Below, in pieces: positions 24,268 through 37,634 of a stretch of 64,000 bases of DNA. This DNA is from the human T2T-CHM13v2.0 reference genome, Homo sapiens. Positions within the stretch are counted from its first letter, which is position 1, and each line of letters opens with the position of its first letter. The translations under genes were made by a program, and so were the position numbers. Below the pieces are notes generated by a model that was not told the DNA's origin, ran no database searches, and saw only the letters and a program-made list of their open reading frames with translations. The stretch is taken from NCBI RefSeq assembly GCF_009914755.1, contig NC_060947.1. The stretch is one strand, 5' to 3'.

Positions 24268-26877
24268 TATAGCTCTTATTTCTGTTTTACATATTATTGC
24301 CTTGGTCAGAACTTCTAGAGTCATGTTAAAGTTAACAATAGACAGGGACTATCATTGTCTTATTTCTCCTATTTATAGGAATGCTTCCTATTTTTTCAGT
24401 TGAGTATAAAGTTAATTAGGTTAAGGTAAAAAGCATTTATCCTATAGAGTAAAGGCTATTAGATTTTTTGGATGATAGACTCCTTTGAGAATCTGATGAT
24501 AGTTTTATTCATTTTATTTCTAGAAAACACTTGCTGACACACATACTCAATTTTTCATACAATTTCATGGGATCACAGCCCCCCTAACTATTATCCATGG
24601 ACTCCTAAAACCCTTAGTTAATAACTTTTAATATCAAGGAAATATCCTTTTATTCTTAATTTAAAAGAGTTTTGATATTTTAAATCATGAGTTAGGTTTG
24701 AATTTAATTAAAATGCTCTTAAAGCATTCTTAGTGGTGATGAGTTTTTTATTTAATCTATTGACGTGACATATGCTATTTATAGATTTCCTACTATAAAT
24801 TAAATCTTGCAAGACTTGGAATCAACTCCGATTAGGTGTGGATGTGGTAGGTTATTATTGTACTATTCTGTTGCATTTGATTTTATGTGTTTTTAATGCA
24901 TTCTAGCTATTTTATTTTATAAGCACTAATGGTCTATGTCTGTAGAATTTTAGCTGTACTTTTCAGATTTAGTGTCAAACTTATTTTAGTTAAATATGAC
25001 AAACTTAGTAGGTTTCTGGGTTTTTTTTTTTTCTGGAGCAATTTATGGAACATTACAAATTAGCTTACTGAAAGTTTGAAAAGACTCACTGGTAAGATTA
25101 TTTGGTCCCCCAGCCTTCCTTTGAAGGTACTTCCTTGCAAATGCTTTTCTTTTTTTATTGTTATTGATCTGTTTGAGTTTTCTCCTTCTTCATTATATTT
25201 TCCAGAAAATTCTTTATGTTATCAAGATGGTCAAACCCACACATCTGTTTGCTCTCTTTTACCCATTGTGTCTATTTATTTGTGTTTTTTTCTCTCTTTA
25301 AAATTGTATTTGACAAAATTCAATTTTTAAAGAAAAATTTTATTTTCCTTTTTTAAATTTATGATTTTCAATTATTTCTATCATCCTGATTTTCCTTGAG
25401 TTGTTTTATTATCTTCTGATACGTGTCTTGAATAGACTCTTTAATTAATATTTTAAAATTTATGTTTTAAAACAATAAAATCTATTAAAGTTATGGCTTT
25501 TTATCTGAGAGTAATTTTGAAACCATTTTGTAAAATCAAAGATACAGTTTTGTTGTTTTTACTCTTTTAAAATATCCACATATCAGGGGTGTATTTTCTC
25601 TTGACCCAATAAATACCTAGGAAGGATTATATGCTAATGGTTGATAAAGATTGGATAATCTATTTCTTTCCACTATAGGGTTTCTCAGAGATAGTAATAT
25701 GGTAATGTGCATTGTGAATATCTACGACGGTAATGCATATGCAGCATTTGCTATATTTATTCCCTGTGGAACCCTTTCTCTGTGGAACACTTAATCACAT
25801 TTTGCATGATATTAGGGGCAGAGGTAGGGGAGCATTACTCCAGAAGACTGTATTTCAAATAATAGAAAGTGACCCATTAATTGAGTATTGTGAAATCAGT
25901 TTAGGCTGTGATCAGCTTAAAAGAAAAAACTAGTCTAAAAACAGGCTCAACAGTGTTCTAGTTATACATGTATCCTTGCTCCTTTATGATCTAGGCTGTC
26001 GAGCTTCATCAAAAACATTTTCTTCCAAGTTTTGTTTTTTATACTATTTATTGGGGAGTTTTTAATATTGTATTTAAGTTTTCATAAAATCACACGTGCT
26101 ATTAACTTTATGTCTTTACTTTATCATATGTTACAGCGGTATTATTTAGTGAAACAGTTGTTTAATTTATATGTAGGAGCCATGACGTAAAATAGATTTG
26201 TTACTCAAAGTCATGGTTGAAAAAGTTGAAAAACGCAATTCAAGGATATCAGTCCAAAAGCATGGGAAATAGTTGTGAGGATGAAATGAGATGATGCAGG
26301 GAACATGCCAAGAGCTCAACATATTCAGCTGTTGTCAGGGTTGGCTACAGAATTTTCGAGGCTCAGTTCAAACAGAAAATGTGGGAGCCCCTTGTTCAAA
26401 AAGCAGGAAAAATGTGCCATTAAAGGTACCAAAATATAAAGCTTGTTCTTTTCTTTCACAGATAATCTCTCTCTCCACCTGTCTGTCATGTTATTTTTAC
26501 CTGCTGTTTAATGCTGTGCTTCGTTGGGCATATATCCTGTGTGTTAAACGCAGACTCTCACAGGCACCGGGGGGCTCTGTCCTGACACTGGGATGCTACC
26601 AGCTGCCAGACTGATATGCAATGTGACAGGAACAGGGAAGCCTTCAGGCATCTCTCCTTCCAGTGGGCCCACTGCCTCAAACCATGAAAAAGGGCCCCCA
26701 CCTGCAAAAGGCACTGCAACCTCTGTACCTGGACCTGCTGAGTACATGGATGGAGGTGGACAAGAGCCTTGGCCTCTGCCAAGTCACCCCAGTGTCTAAT
26801 CTTTCTAATCTCCACAATATGCTATTGACTCACTGGACTCCGTTATAAGAAACAAAAATCAATAGCAACTGGTATAA

Positions 26878-27266
<389 letters not shown>

Positions 27267-27649
27267 TGAATTGAATATAAGAACGCACAATGGAGTTGCT
27301 AGCCTTGGCAAGGGCCGTGGCCACCATGCCCCACCCAGAGACCCTCAGGGCAAACGTGCTCAACCCCATTTTTTTGCCTAGGGACATGCTGGTGGCAGAA
27401 TGCAGCAGCAATCCTGGGTGGTGAGGTGGTATGGAGGTGGGAATCATTCCTGGGAGATGGGGAGAGGTGAGGGTGAAAGATTTAAAGTCTCTGGAGCAAG
27501 CTCTGTTGTTCATAATACTAATGTACCATTGGCCAAAGGAAGTTACATGGCCAACCCAGATTCAACAGATGACTTCACTTAGTAAGCACAAATTCAAAGA
27601 TAAAAATGAAGAATGTAAAAATGGTGACTGCAGAGCATTAAACTCCAAA

Positions 27650-28196
27650 TGTGGGTCTGGGTCTGGGTCTGGGTCTGGGATCCCCAAGACCATCTGTGGG
27701 TTCAATGATTCACTACGAGGGCTCACAGGACTCAGCATATAGTCACACTCATGGCTATTACAACGAAAGGATACAAAACAAAGTCAGCAGAGGCAAAAGG
27801 CTCATGGGACAAAGTCCGGGGCAGGCCAGGTGCAGTTTTCTAAGAGTCCTCTCCCCGTGAAGTCACAATCAAGTTGTGACAACACGTGAAATGTTGCCAA
27901 CTGTGGAATACTCATTACAGATTCAGTGCCTGGGGTTTTGATTGGGGGCTGGTCACATAGGCACCCCTTGCTTGGCATGTACCCAAATTCCAGATTCCCA
28001 GGAGAAAAGCTGCTGTTCAGCATAAACCTCATTATTTGTATGAACAATATAGGGGCAATGAACCATCTTATCAGTTAGGGAAGGGTGGGAACCCTCCTAA
28101 AATCCAACTTCCCAGACATCAGCCAACGGCCAACCTTGTAAGCAGATCTTTTCAAGGCTAAGCAGTCAGGCCTGCTTTGTTAACTCTTTCCACCAC
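27650..28196 (-). mobile_element. Solo LTR, MER21-like
   Basis: tccccaagacc...gattcacta...ctcacaggactcagcatatagtc...gggggctggtcacataggcaccc. Confidence 0.7.
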
Positions 28197-28733
28197 AGGG
28201 GCCTTTCTGTCTAAATGTGAGGCCCTGTACAACTGCACTGATTGCATGGCAATTGGCTGTTGTACTTCTGTTCCTGTAACAAACCCTTATGGAAAGAGGC
28301 CCATGGGGGCAGGGAGTGCAAATTGCACCCCGAGGACTGAGGACACAGAAAGGAGCCTTGAAGTCTTCAAGGTCAATGGCTGAGGGCAGGGAGCTTTGGC
28401 CACTTGGCTGCTGTGCCCTCCAGTGTTGGGTCAAAAACAGAGGCTGAAAGTACCCAGCTTCACGTTCTGCCCTTCAACTGCTGGCCACACCCTTGATTTA
28501 ACCTAAACCCTACCAACTGACACTGTTGCCATGGGGAGATGCAAGAGGAAATATGTTTTAAAAATCAAAAATTCTCTTTCCAGAGGGAAGAAAATAAAGA
28601 AAAAAAATCAAAAATGATAACAATTCCAAGTATCATGAGATTAAATGGACACTGATATTATTTGATACATGTGCCCTTTGTTACCTCTTTTATTAAGAAA
28701 TTCATCAGGGAAATAAACACCTGTGAGTCCACG

Positions 28734-29238
28734 TGTGTTAGTTAACCACTGCTGCATAACAAACCACTCCAAAATATAATGGCTTAACATATCGACCATT
28801 TACTTAGTTCACCAGCCTGTGGGTTGGGAACTTTGGCTGGGCTCAGTTGAATAGTTCTTCTGTTGGTCTCAGCTTGGGTCACTCACTCATCTGCAGTTGG
28901 CTTCCCATCAGTTAGTGGCTCTGCTTCCAAGGGTTGGCTGGTGCTGTTGGTGGCTGTGGTGACAGGCGTGATTGAGTCACATGTCTCTCAGGCCTGGGAT
29001 TGTTCAACACAATTGCAAGTAAGTTTTTAAGAGAAGCTCCAGTGTGCAAATATTTTGGAAATCTCTCCTTGTGTCATAATACTAACATCTCATTGGCCAA
29101 AAGAAGTTACATGGCTAACTCAGACTCAACAGATGAAAAAATAAACCCCACTTCTGGATACAAAAATCTGCAATGCACCTTTCAGTGGCATGGATACTGA
29201 GAGGGGAAAAATTTGTAGTCCTCTTTCTAATCTGCACA
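28734..29238 (-). mobile_element. MaLR solo LTR, MLT1J/K-like
   Basis: gctgcataacaaaccactccaaaa...ttggctgggctcagttg...cattggccaaaagaagttacatgg...aatctgcaca. Confidence 0.75.
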
Positions 29239-30313
29239 ATATGTTATTGACTCACTGGACCCCATTATAGGAAACAAAAATCAATAGCAACTGGTGTAAC
29301 CTTTAAATTAGATTCTAATCCATTGTAGGGTTGGGTGTTCATTTATTTCTTTATGAAAACTTAGTCATTTTAAGGAAGTCTGAATCAAATATAAGAAGAG
29401 CAAACAGCTCATTATCAGGAGGCCTAAACAGATAGCCTGATGATGACAACAACAATAACAAAATGCATGCACACCACCATTGATTTAGTTTTGAATATAG
29501 GAAAAAACATGAAAATAAAAATTTTGCTTGAAAATTGACCGGCAGATGTACCCGCAAACCACCCTGGAACTCTTTTAACTTTTTCTGACTTGCCTACTTT
29601 GTGGAAACCATTAATAAGGCCTATTTGTCAGTTTCGTATCCTTCTCTTTTAGTTGCTATTCTTATACTATATTGTGGGTTGTTCTCTCCGCTCACTACTC
29701 AGGCTTGAAATACAGAGCTAAAAGGTGGCTTTCTTCTTTTTTTTTTTTTTCCACAGCTTTAACAAAAGAATCAAAGTCACACAGGTGTGTGCTGTCCCCT
29801 GAGTATTTAAGTTTTAAAAGAGACAGAGCTTCATATCTCTAAATTTCCCTCAGGGATCTTAATTTGGCCTTGAAAACCCCCACACAAAGGGATTTTGATG
29901 CTTTTACTGTCACTGAACTTTAAAAATATATCTTCCAATTTTGTATTTAAAGCCTCTGATTGCTTTTCTTCTTGCAAATTATGTTTGTACAATGGCATGT
30001 GGGCTAGCTCTCACACACATTTGGAAGTCAGGTGCATTTAGGGCCTTGACCTAAAGAGCTCTTGGCCTCTGCCCCTTCCAAGACAAAAGCACCCTAGGAG
30101 GGAATGCTTCACCAGGGATCTGAGCAAACAAGCCTGAAGTTTCTGTGGCCAGTAACTGGAGGCTCTGGAGTCCTTCCCAGGGATTGGTGGCCACCTTAGA
30201 TAGTGATCAGAGGGAAGGCACCCCCTCCCAGTGCATGCACTACTGTGGGCACGTGAGGGGATTCACAAATACTTTTACTTCTTTCCTTTGGGCATGATCT
30301 CTATGGGAGAAGT

Positions 30314-30685
30314 TGTCTTAGTCTGTTCAGGCTGCCATAACAAAATACTACACAGACTGGATGGCTTTAAATAACAGACACTTATTTTCTCATACTTCTG
30401 GAGGCTGGAGGTTCAAGATCAAAGTGCCAGTGTAGTTGGATTCTGGTGAGGGCCCTCTTCCTGGCTTGTAGGTGACCACCTTCTCACTGTGTCTTCACAT
30501 GGTGAGAGGAGGGCAAACCTCTTCCTTTTCTTAAAAGGAGGCTATTCCCATCATGAGGGCCCCACCCTCATGACCTCATCTAAATCTAGTCATCTCCCAA
30601 AGGCCCCGCCTCTAAATACCATCCCACTGGGGTTAGGGCTTCAATATGTAAATTTTGGGAGGACATAAACATTCAGTCTATAACA
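30314..30685 (-). mobile_element. MaLR solo LTR, MLT1A-like
   Basis: tgtcttagtctgttcaggctgccataacaaaata...ttctggaggctggaggttcaagatc...cattcagtctataaca. Confidence 0.88.
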
Positions 30686-30996
30686 GAAGTGTTGATCAGG
30701 GGAAGGAGGTAGGGAGGAATCAGAGCTCCTGGGGGATGAAAATCCTCACTCCATAGAAAAACAGCTTGTTTCTGGTCCCCATTGTCCAGTCGTTGTTCGG
30801 GTGCCCAAGATCATCCTAAGGGCCCTCAGGACTTTGGGTCTCTCTTCTTGCCCAGAATTTCTATCCCCGTGCCTCTTCACAGCATCACAGGGCAAGCACC
30901 TAGGAATCTTGAGGGGGCTGGAGATCATGCTGAGGCGTGGGAGGTTCTCCAAATTTCTTCTCACCTCCTCTGGAGACATCCTGTTGCTTGTGTGAC

Positions 30997-31945
30997 TGTG
31001 GCAGACCATATTTTCCAAAGATGCCTGAAACAAGGTCTTCATTCTACATGCTCTTCTACACCTGTGTTAGTCACCATTAAGAGGTGGAGTCTCAGTCCCT
31101 TTGCCTTGAACCTGGTGGGCCTTTCTGACTGCCTCAACCAACAGAATATGGTCAAAGTGATGGCGTATGCTTGTATTAGTCTGTTTGCATTGCTATAATG
31201 GAATACCTGAGGCTGGACAATTTTTAAAGAAAAGAGATTTATTTGGCTCACAGTTCTGCAGGCTGTACAAGCATGGCACCAGCATCTGCTCGGCTTTTGA
31301 TTAGGCCTCAGGAAGCTTACAATCATAGTGGAAGGCAAAGTGGGAGCCAGCAGGTCACATGGCAAGAGGGAGCAAGAGAGAGAAGAGAGCAAGAGAGAGG
31401 GGAGGAGGTACCAAGATCTTTTAAACAATCAGCTCTCATGTGAACTCATAGAGTGAGAACTCATTCGTTACCTTGAGGACAGCATCAAGCTATTCATGAG
31501 GGATCTGCCCCTGTGACCCAAACACCTCCCACTAGACTCCATCTCCAACACTGGAGGTCACATTTCAACATGAGATTTGAAGGGGACAAAGCATCCAAAC
31601 CATATCAGTGACTTCTGAGGCTAGATCATAGATGCTCCACACTTCCATCTTAGTCTCTTGAGATGCTCGCTTTTGGAACCAGCTGTCATGCTCTTAGGAA
31701 ACCCTAACTAGCTCATGCAGACAGATCACATGGAAAGACCATGGAGAGGTATTCTGGCTGACAGCCCAGCTGAGGTTCCAACCAACAGCCAAGTCACCCT
31801 AGCCTTTGAGTCTTCCCAGCTGAGAGTCCAGATATCTTCTGCATAAATTCCTGACCCATGAATTCCAAAGACATATTAAATGGTGGTTGTTTTACGTCAC
31901 CATTTTGGAGAGGTTTGCTATGCAGCCATAGTAACTGGAATAGGG
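30997..31945 (+). mobile_element. MaLR LTR, MLT1G/H-like, interrupted by MSTA
   Basis: aagaggtggagtct...ccaacagaatatgg | gacttctgaggctag...ttgctatgcagccatagtaactggaa. Confidence 0.7.
31172..31607 (-). mobile_element. MaLR solo LTR, MSTA-like
   Basis: tgtattagtctgtttgcattgctataatggaatacctgaggctgg...atccaaaccatatca. Confidence 0.9.
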
Positions 31946-32012
31946 ACACTGCCCTGGGGTCCAGAATCCAAAGAAATGGCACAGTCCTCTTCTAGAGAAG
32001 CAGCATTACAAG

Positions 32013-32125
32013 TAGGTTGACCAACTATCCTGGTTGGCTGGAACTGAGAGGTTTCCGGGGATGTGTGGCTTTCAGTGCTAAAATCAGGAAAGTTTGAGGC
32101 AAGCAGAGATGATTTGGTCACTTTA
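32013..32125. mobile_element. hAT-Blackjack MITE, MER81/MER94-like
   Basis: Degenerate TIRs aggttgacca...tggtcacttt. Confidence 0.5.
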
Positions 32126-32226
32126 ATTGAAGGCATGATCAGCGTAGCAGGCGGGTCTTCCTGGGAGCTGGAAGATTTTAAGATGTACAAAAATGTATTT
32201 ATTTGGTTAATGGAAAACAACTTTTA

Positions 32227-32663
<437 letters not shown>

Positions 32664-32687
32664 TCAGGAAGTTGTTACTCCCCTGAG

Positions 32688-33079
32688 CAGGGCTGGGACT
32701 AAGGTGAAGTGAGTGAGGAACTTGCCTCTAGTGAAAAATTTATGGGAGCACCAAAATTCTTAGCAATTAAGACACATAATATTTTAAAGCACTATTAAAA
32801 AAATCAAAGTGGCAAACTACAGCCCACAGGCCAGCCTCCTGTTTTTGTCACTAAAGGACCAGGCTGGGCTAGGATTAGGGTGAGCTGAATGGGGCAGGGG
32901 AGGGCCGATTCTTTATTTAAAATATTGATATTTTTTCATCATGAATTTTTTCTGTAATTTTATTTTAAAAAGTAATTAATTAAAATATTATTTGTCTTAA
33001 TTCTTGAGATTTTTGGTGCTCCCTTAAATTTTGTGCAAGAGGTGAGTGTCTTCCTTGTCTCACTCTGGTCCTGGCCCTG
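32688..33079. mobile_element. hAT MITE with long inverted arms, MER96B-like
   Basis: cagggctgggacta...tggtcctggccctg termini; the arms are imperfect reverse complements (gggagcaccaaaa / ttttggtgctccc). Confidence 0.7.
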
Positions 33080-33187
33080 CTACCTGAGAAAGACCTTAAA
33101 GAAATTGATGTCTTTGAGAGGGTGGATGGTCAAATGGTAGTTTTCATGTTGTTTAGCAAGTAGCTTGGCCATATTTAAAGAGGACAC

Positions 33188-33600
33188 TGTGATGCCCCCT
33201 TGAATTCCCTTGGACCTCCTTTATTAGTGCATTATGTCTCTTCCCACCTCCTGTGGGCTTTGTTGCTAATGGCCTGCACCTGTAGTTCCTCTGCAGAGGT
33301 TTCCCCTGGGACTACTGGTGCCAGAAGTGGCTGAAGGTTTACATTCCTGGGGTGACCCTTAGCCAACAGCTACAGAATTATACAATTCGAGTTCGCTTGC
33401 CTTCAGACCTACCAAACTCTGAAGAGCAATTTTTTTCCTTAGAGCTCCCTGCAGGATCAGCTGATGCTGGGATATCACCTAAACCTGCGTGGTTTTTTTC
33501 CCCATTCCCTTACCACTTTCTCTGGGAGCACTTCCTTCATAAATCACTTGTACCCAAATCTTCATTCCAGAGGCTGCTCCTGGAAAAAACCCACTACTCA
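33188..33600 (+). mobile_element. ERVL solo LTR, LTR16C-like
   Basis: gctaatggcctgcacctg...ctgggagcacttccttcataaatcacttg. Confidence 0.65.
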
Positions 33601-35013
33601 GTAGAACTTAAGGCCCCAAACTTAAGAGCCCCGCAGAACTTTTTTTGTTTTTTAGTCTCTGTCTATAAAATCAGATTTCCTATGCAACCGTACTCATCAC
33701 TATGGCAACTATGAGTTATGGTTACCAAGGCAAACTCGACTTTCTGAAAAGAGAGATTGGCACTGGTCGCTTCTTTTGGTGTCTTTTTTTCCCCTCAATT
33801 CTACTTTTTCTCTCTATGGCAGTTGTGTGTGGGCTATAGGGTTCTTTGCTTCTCTTAAAATGGTTGCTTTCCATGAAGCTTGCACAAGGCAAATCAGGCA
33901 TGTTATCAGAGATACTGTTTCTCGGCTTCCCCTTGGCTTGGTCAAGAGGCTGAGCTCCGTGTTCCCAGGCTAGATGCCAAGGGGCAGAGCGCCCACAGAC
34001 GCTTTTGATTTCCGGAGTGCGGCCAAGATGTAAAACAGAACTCAGTGCCCCAAGGGTCAGTTTGCTCTGACCATCTCTCCCAAAGTGCCCAGGATAGGGG
34101 GTGATGGAAGGCTAGTACATTTGCGGCACTTCAACCTGTGAAGCTTTACCATAATTTCAAAATGTTGCTTCACTGAAGGATGCAGTTTTTTCTCTAAGGC
34201 ACATACATACTTTTTTTTTCTTTAAGTCAAAAAGACATGTAAAAAGCAGCTAGCTCTTTGCATAAGGCTTTGTTCTCCTTGGAAGTAACTGTTCTTGTTT
34301 TCTTCCGAAGTCACCCCCTCTTCAGGGTGGCTGCCATTGTGTGGTGCCCCGCCAGGTCAGGCTGCCTTGGCTGGTGGGGAGGCTTAGTGGGTGGGCAGGT
34401 ACCCTCTTGCCATTCTGTTCTACTGCCTACTGGTTGCTCTGGAGAGCAATGTAGGGGTCAGGGCTGAGAAAACGGAGGCGCCTTGCTGGCTTTATTTTAT
34501 AAAAAGCAACTCAAAACACAAAAAATAATTCTGAAAGGCCTTTCTTTTTCCTGTTCTGCTTTCTGTTTCCATGGAAATGGAGCTAGTCACCAGCCAGTAG
34601 GTCAATGGCTGTAATGGCTGGATATTGTTCTTTGTTCTCTTCTCCATGGAAGAAACACCTTGATTCCTATTTGTCCCCTTTGTTAATAACAAGGTGCTGT
34701 CATTGTGAAGACTCCCTGGTCAGACACTGAGTTATGAATGGGGCCAAGTAGGGAAGAATGCACTGGCTTTCAGAAGAAGGACCTTCTTCTTCCTCATTGC
34801 CACCCAGCCTGTGAGTAAATGCATCTGCGGGCACAGACCTGAGTGGCAGGTATAATTTATCCAGTTCTCCTATCTTCCAAGTAAGTGATGGAGGTACTCC
34901 CCAGGTTCACATCAAGTCTTGCATGTTCAGCTGTTTTTTTCCTCAAAGATGAAAGAACTCATCTTTGAGTTCTTTATGGTGGGTCCATATTTAAGCAGAG
35001 TAGATTTGTGCTG

Positions 35014-35701
35014 GTGTAGTAGACACTACTGGCACCCCACCCAGACCACCTCTATTCCTTTTACTAATGCTGTGTGTCCATCTTCCAGCTTCTGCAGGCT
35101 TTGCAGCTAATGGCTGGCACCTGTGACCTTCAAAGGATTGTCCCTAGGCACAAATATCACCTCAGCTGTACAGAGTTGGAAGCAGTGGTGTGTTGGTAAA
35201 TGTTTAACAACTATTTCTCTCTCTCTAAAAAAACCCCTGACATCCTGGTTTGTAGTATTAATAATTTTTTATGGCATAAATATGCGTACTATGACTGATT
35301 TCAACCTACCAATGAGACTTTATTGAATTCAGAATTGGGAATAATTACCTCTGGAAAGCCAGTACAAACTGGCTCTAGCACACTATTGTTTGGAAATGCC
35401 TGGAACTTACATCCCCACTCCTGCCCCTTGCTCAGTAGCCGATGACAGACTGGGGTGGGAATACAAGACCCAGCTTCCCTGTCTCCAGGCAAAACAAATT
35501 CTGACATGTAATTTACCCACCAGACCTCAGGCTGAGTCTGGAATATCACATGAAATTATACCCTTGACTGATTTCCTCCCTTTTCTCACCCTGTTTCCTC
35601 TATTCCCTTAATGGTTTCTTCTGGGAGCACTTCCTTGGTGAGTCACTTGCACACAAATTCTCTTCTCAGTGTCTGCTTTTAGGATAAACTGGTCTAAGAC
35701 A
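35014..35701 (+). mobile_element. ERVL solo LTR, LTR16C-like, interrupted by a MITE
   Basis: gctaatggctggcacctg...ctgggagcacttccttggtgagtcacttgcacac...ctaagaca. Confidence 0.65.
35183..35388. mobile_element. hAT MITE, MER63A-like
   Basis: TIRs cagtggtgtg...cacactattg; degenerate 8-bp TSD gttggaag / tttggaaa. Confidence 0.7.
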
Positions 35702-35989
35702 GCTGGCTACAGAGAGAGACCCTTCTTTTAAAAGTTTTGCTTAAAAGGTGGTCAGTGATGGAGAGGAATATTATGGTTACTTTTGGGTTTATATTTGTTA
35801 AATTTGGGGTTCTGTGGATTAGGAATGGGAGGATACAAAGTACAATAAAATAATTATAATCCTTCCTTGATAATTCTCTGAATGAATCCTGCCATCTTTT
35901 ACAAAATTTTGATTATTTTCCAGCTATATTGAGATATAATTGATGGATAAAAAAATATATATATATTTAAGGTGTCCAATGTAATGCCC

Positions 35990-37634
35990 TTTTTAAAAAA
36001 AGTTTTAATTCTATTTTTGTGGGTACATAGTAGGTGTATATATTTATGGGGTATATGAGATATTTTGATACAGACATACAATGTATAATCATCACATGAG
36101 AGTAATTGGAGTGTCCATTACGTCATGCATTTATCCTTTGTGTTACAAACAATCCAATTATACTCTTTTAGTTTTTTTTAAATCTACAATTAAATTATTA
36201 TTGACAATAGTCACCCTGCTATGCTATCAAATACTAGGTCTTATTCATTCTTTCTGTATTTCACACCCATTAACCATAACCACCTCTCCCCACCACCCCA
36301 CTACTTTTTCTAGCCTCTGGTAACCATCATTCTACCCTCTGTCTCCATGAGTTCAATTGCTTTGATTTATAGCTCCCACAAATAAGTGAGAACATGTGAT
36401 GTTTGTCTTTCTGTGCCTGGCTCATTTCACTTAGCATAGTGACCTCCAGTCCCATCTATGTTGTTGCAAATGACAGGATCTCATTCTTTTTGTGTGGCTG
36501 AATAGTACTCCATTGTGTAAAAGTACCACATTTTCTTTATTCATACATCTGTTCATGGACACTTATGTTGCTTCTAAATCTTGGCTGTTTTGAGCAGTGC
36601 TGCAACAAACATGTGAGTGCAGATATCTCTTCAATATACTGATTTCCTTTCTTTTGGGTGTATACTGAGCAGTGGGATTGCTGGACCATACGTTACTTCT
36701 ACTTTTAGTTTTTTTCAGGAACCTCCAGATTGTTTTCTATAGTGGTTGTACTAATTTATATTTCCACTGACAGTGAACAAAGGATCCCTTTTCGCCACAT
36801 CCTCACCAGTATTTGCAATTGCCTGTCTTTTGGATACAAGCCAATAAGGCATTCTAATTGAGGTGAGATGACATCTCATTGTAGCTTTGACCTGCATTTC
36901 TCTGATGATCAATGATGTTGAGCACCTTTTCATATGCCTGTTTGCCATTTGTATGTCTCCTTTTGAAAAATGTCTGTTCATATCTTTTGCCCAGTTTTTG
37001 ATTGGATTATTAGATTTTTTTTTCTGTAGAGTTGTTTGAGCTCCTTAAAACTCTGGTTATTAACCTTTTGTCAGAGGGGTAGTTTGCAAACATTTTCTCT
37101 CCCATTCTGTGGGTTGGCTCTTCACTTTGTTGATTGTTTCCCTTGCTGTGCAGAAGCTTTTTAACTTGATGTGATCCCATGTATCCAGTTGTGCTTTGGT
37201 TGCCTGTGCTGTGCTGGAGAGTTTCCCAAAAGTTTTCTTGTAGTAGCTTTATAATGTGGGAAGTCTTTAATCCATTTTGATTTGATTTTTGTATATGGTG
37301 AGAGATGGGGATCTAGTTTCATTCCTCTGCATATGGATATCCAGGTTTCCCAGCATTTATCAGAGATTGTCTTTTCCCCATTGTATGTTCTTGGCACCTT
37401 TGTAGAAAATGGATTTTCTGTAGGTGTCTGGATTTGCTTCTGGATTGTCTCTTCTGTTTTATTGGTCTGTGTGTGTATTTTTATGTAAGTACCATGCTAT
37501 TTTGGTTACAATAGCTGTGTAGTATAATTTGAAGTTAGGTAATGTGATTTCCTCAGTGTTGTTCTTTTTTCTTCGGATAGCTTTGGGTATACTGGGTCTC
37601 TTGTTGCTCCATATAAATTTTAGGATTGTTTTTT
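35990..37634 (-). mobile_element. 5'-truncated L1MA (L1MA2-4-like) inserted into an older L1MA
   Basis: tttttgtgggtacatagtagg 3' UTR; ORF2 remnant [24 protein letters not shown]; TSD aatgtaatg at 35978-35986 and 37635-37643. Confidence 0.9.

Noticed and set aside
30746-31443. Cluster of overlapping 64-138 aa ORFs
   Set aside because: They lie largely in MLT1/MSTA LTRs and show no recognisable domain
33188-35701. Two same-orientation LTR16-like LTRs about 1.4 kb apart that could be proviral ends
   Set aside because: They are too diverged from each other, and no ERVL internal sequence or shared TSD is recognisable
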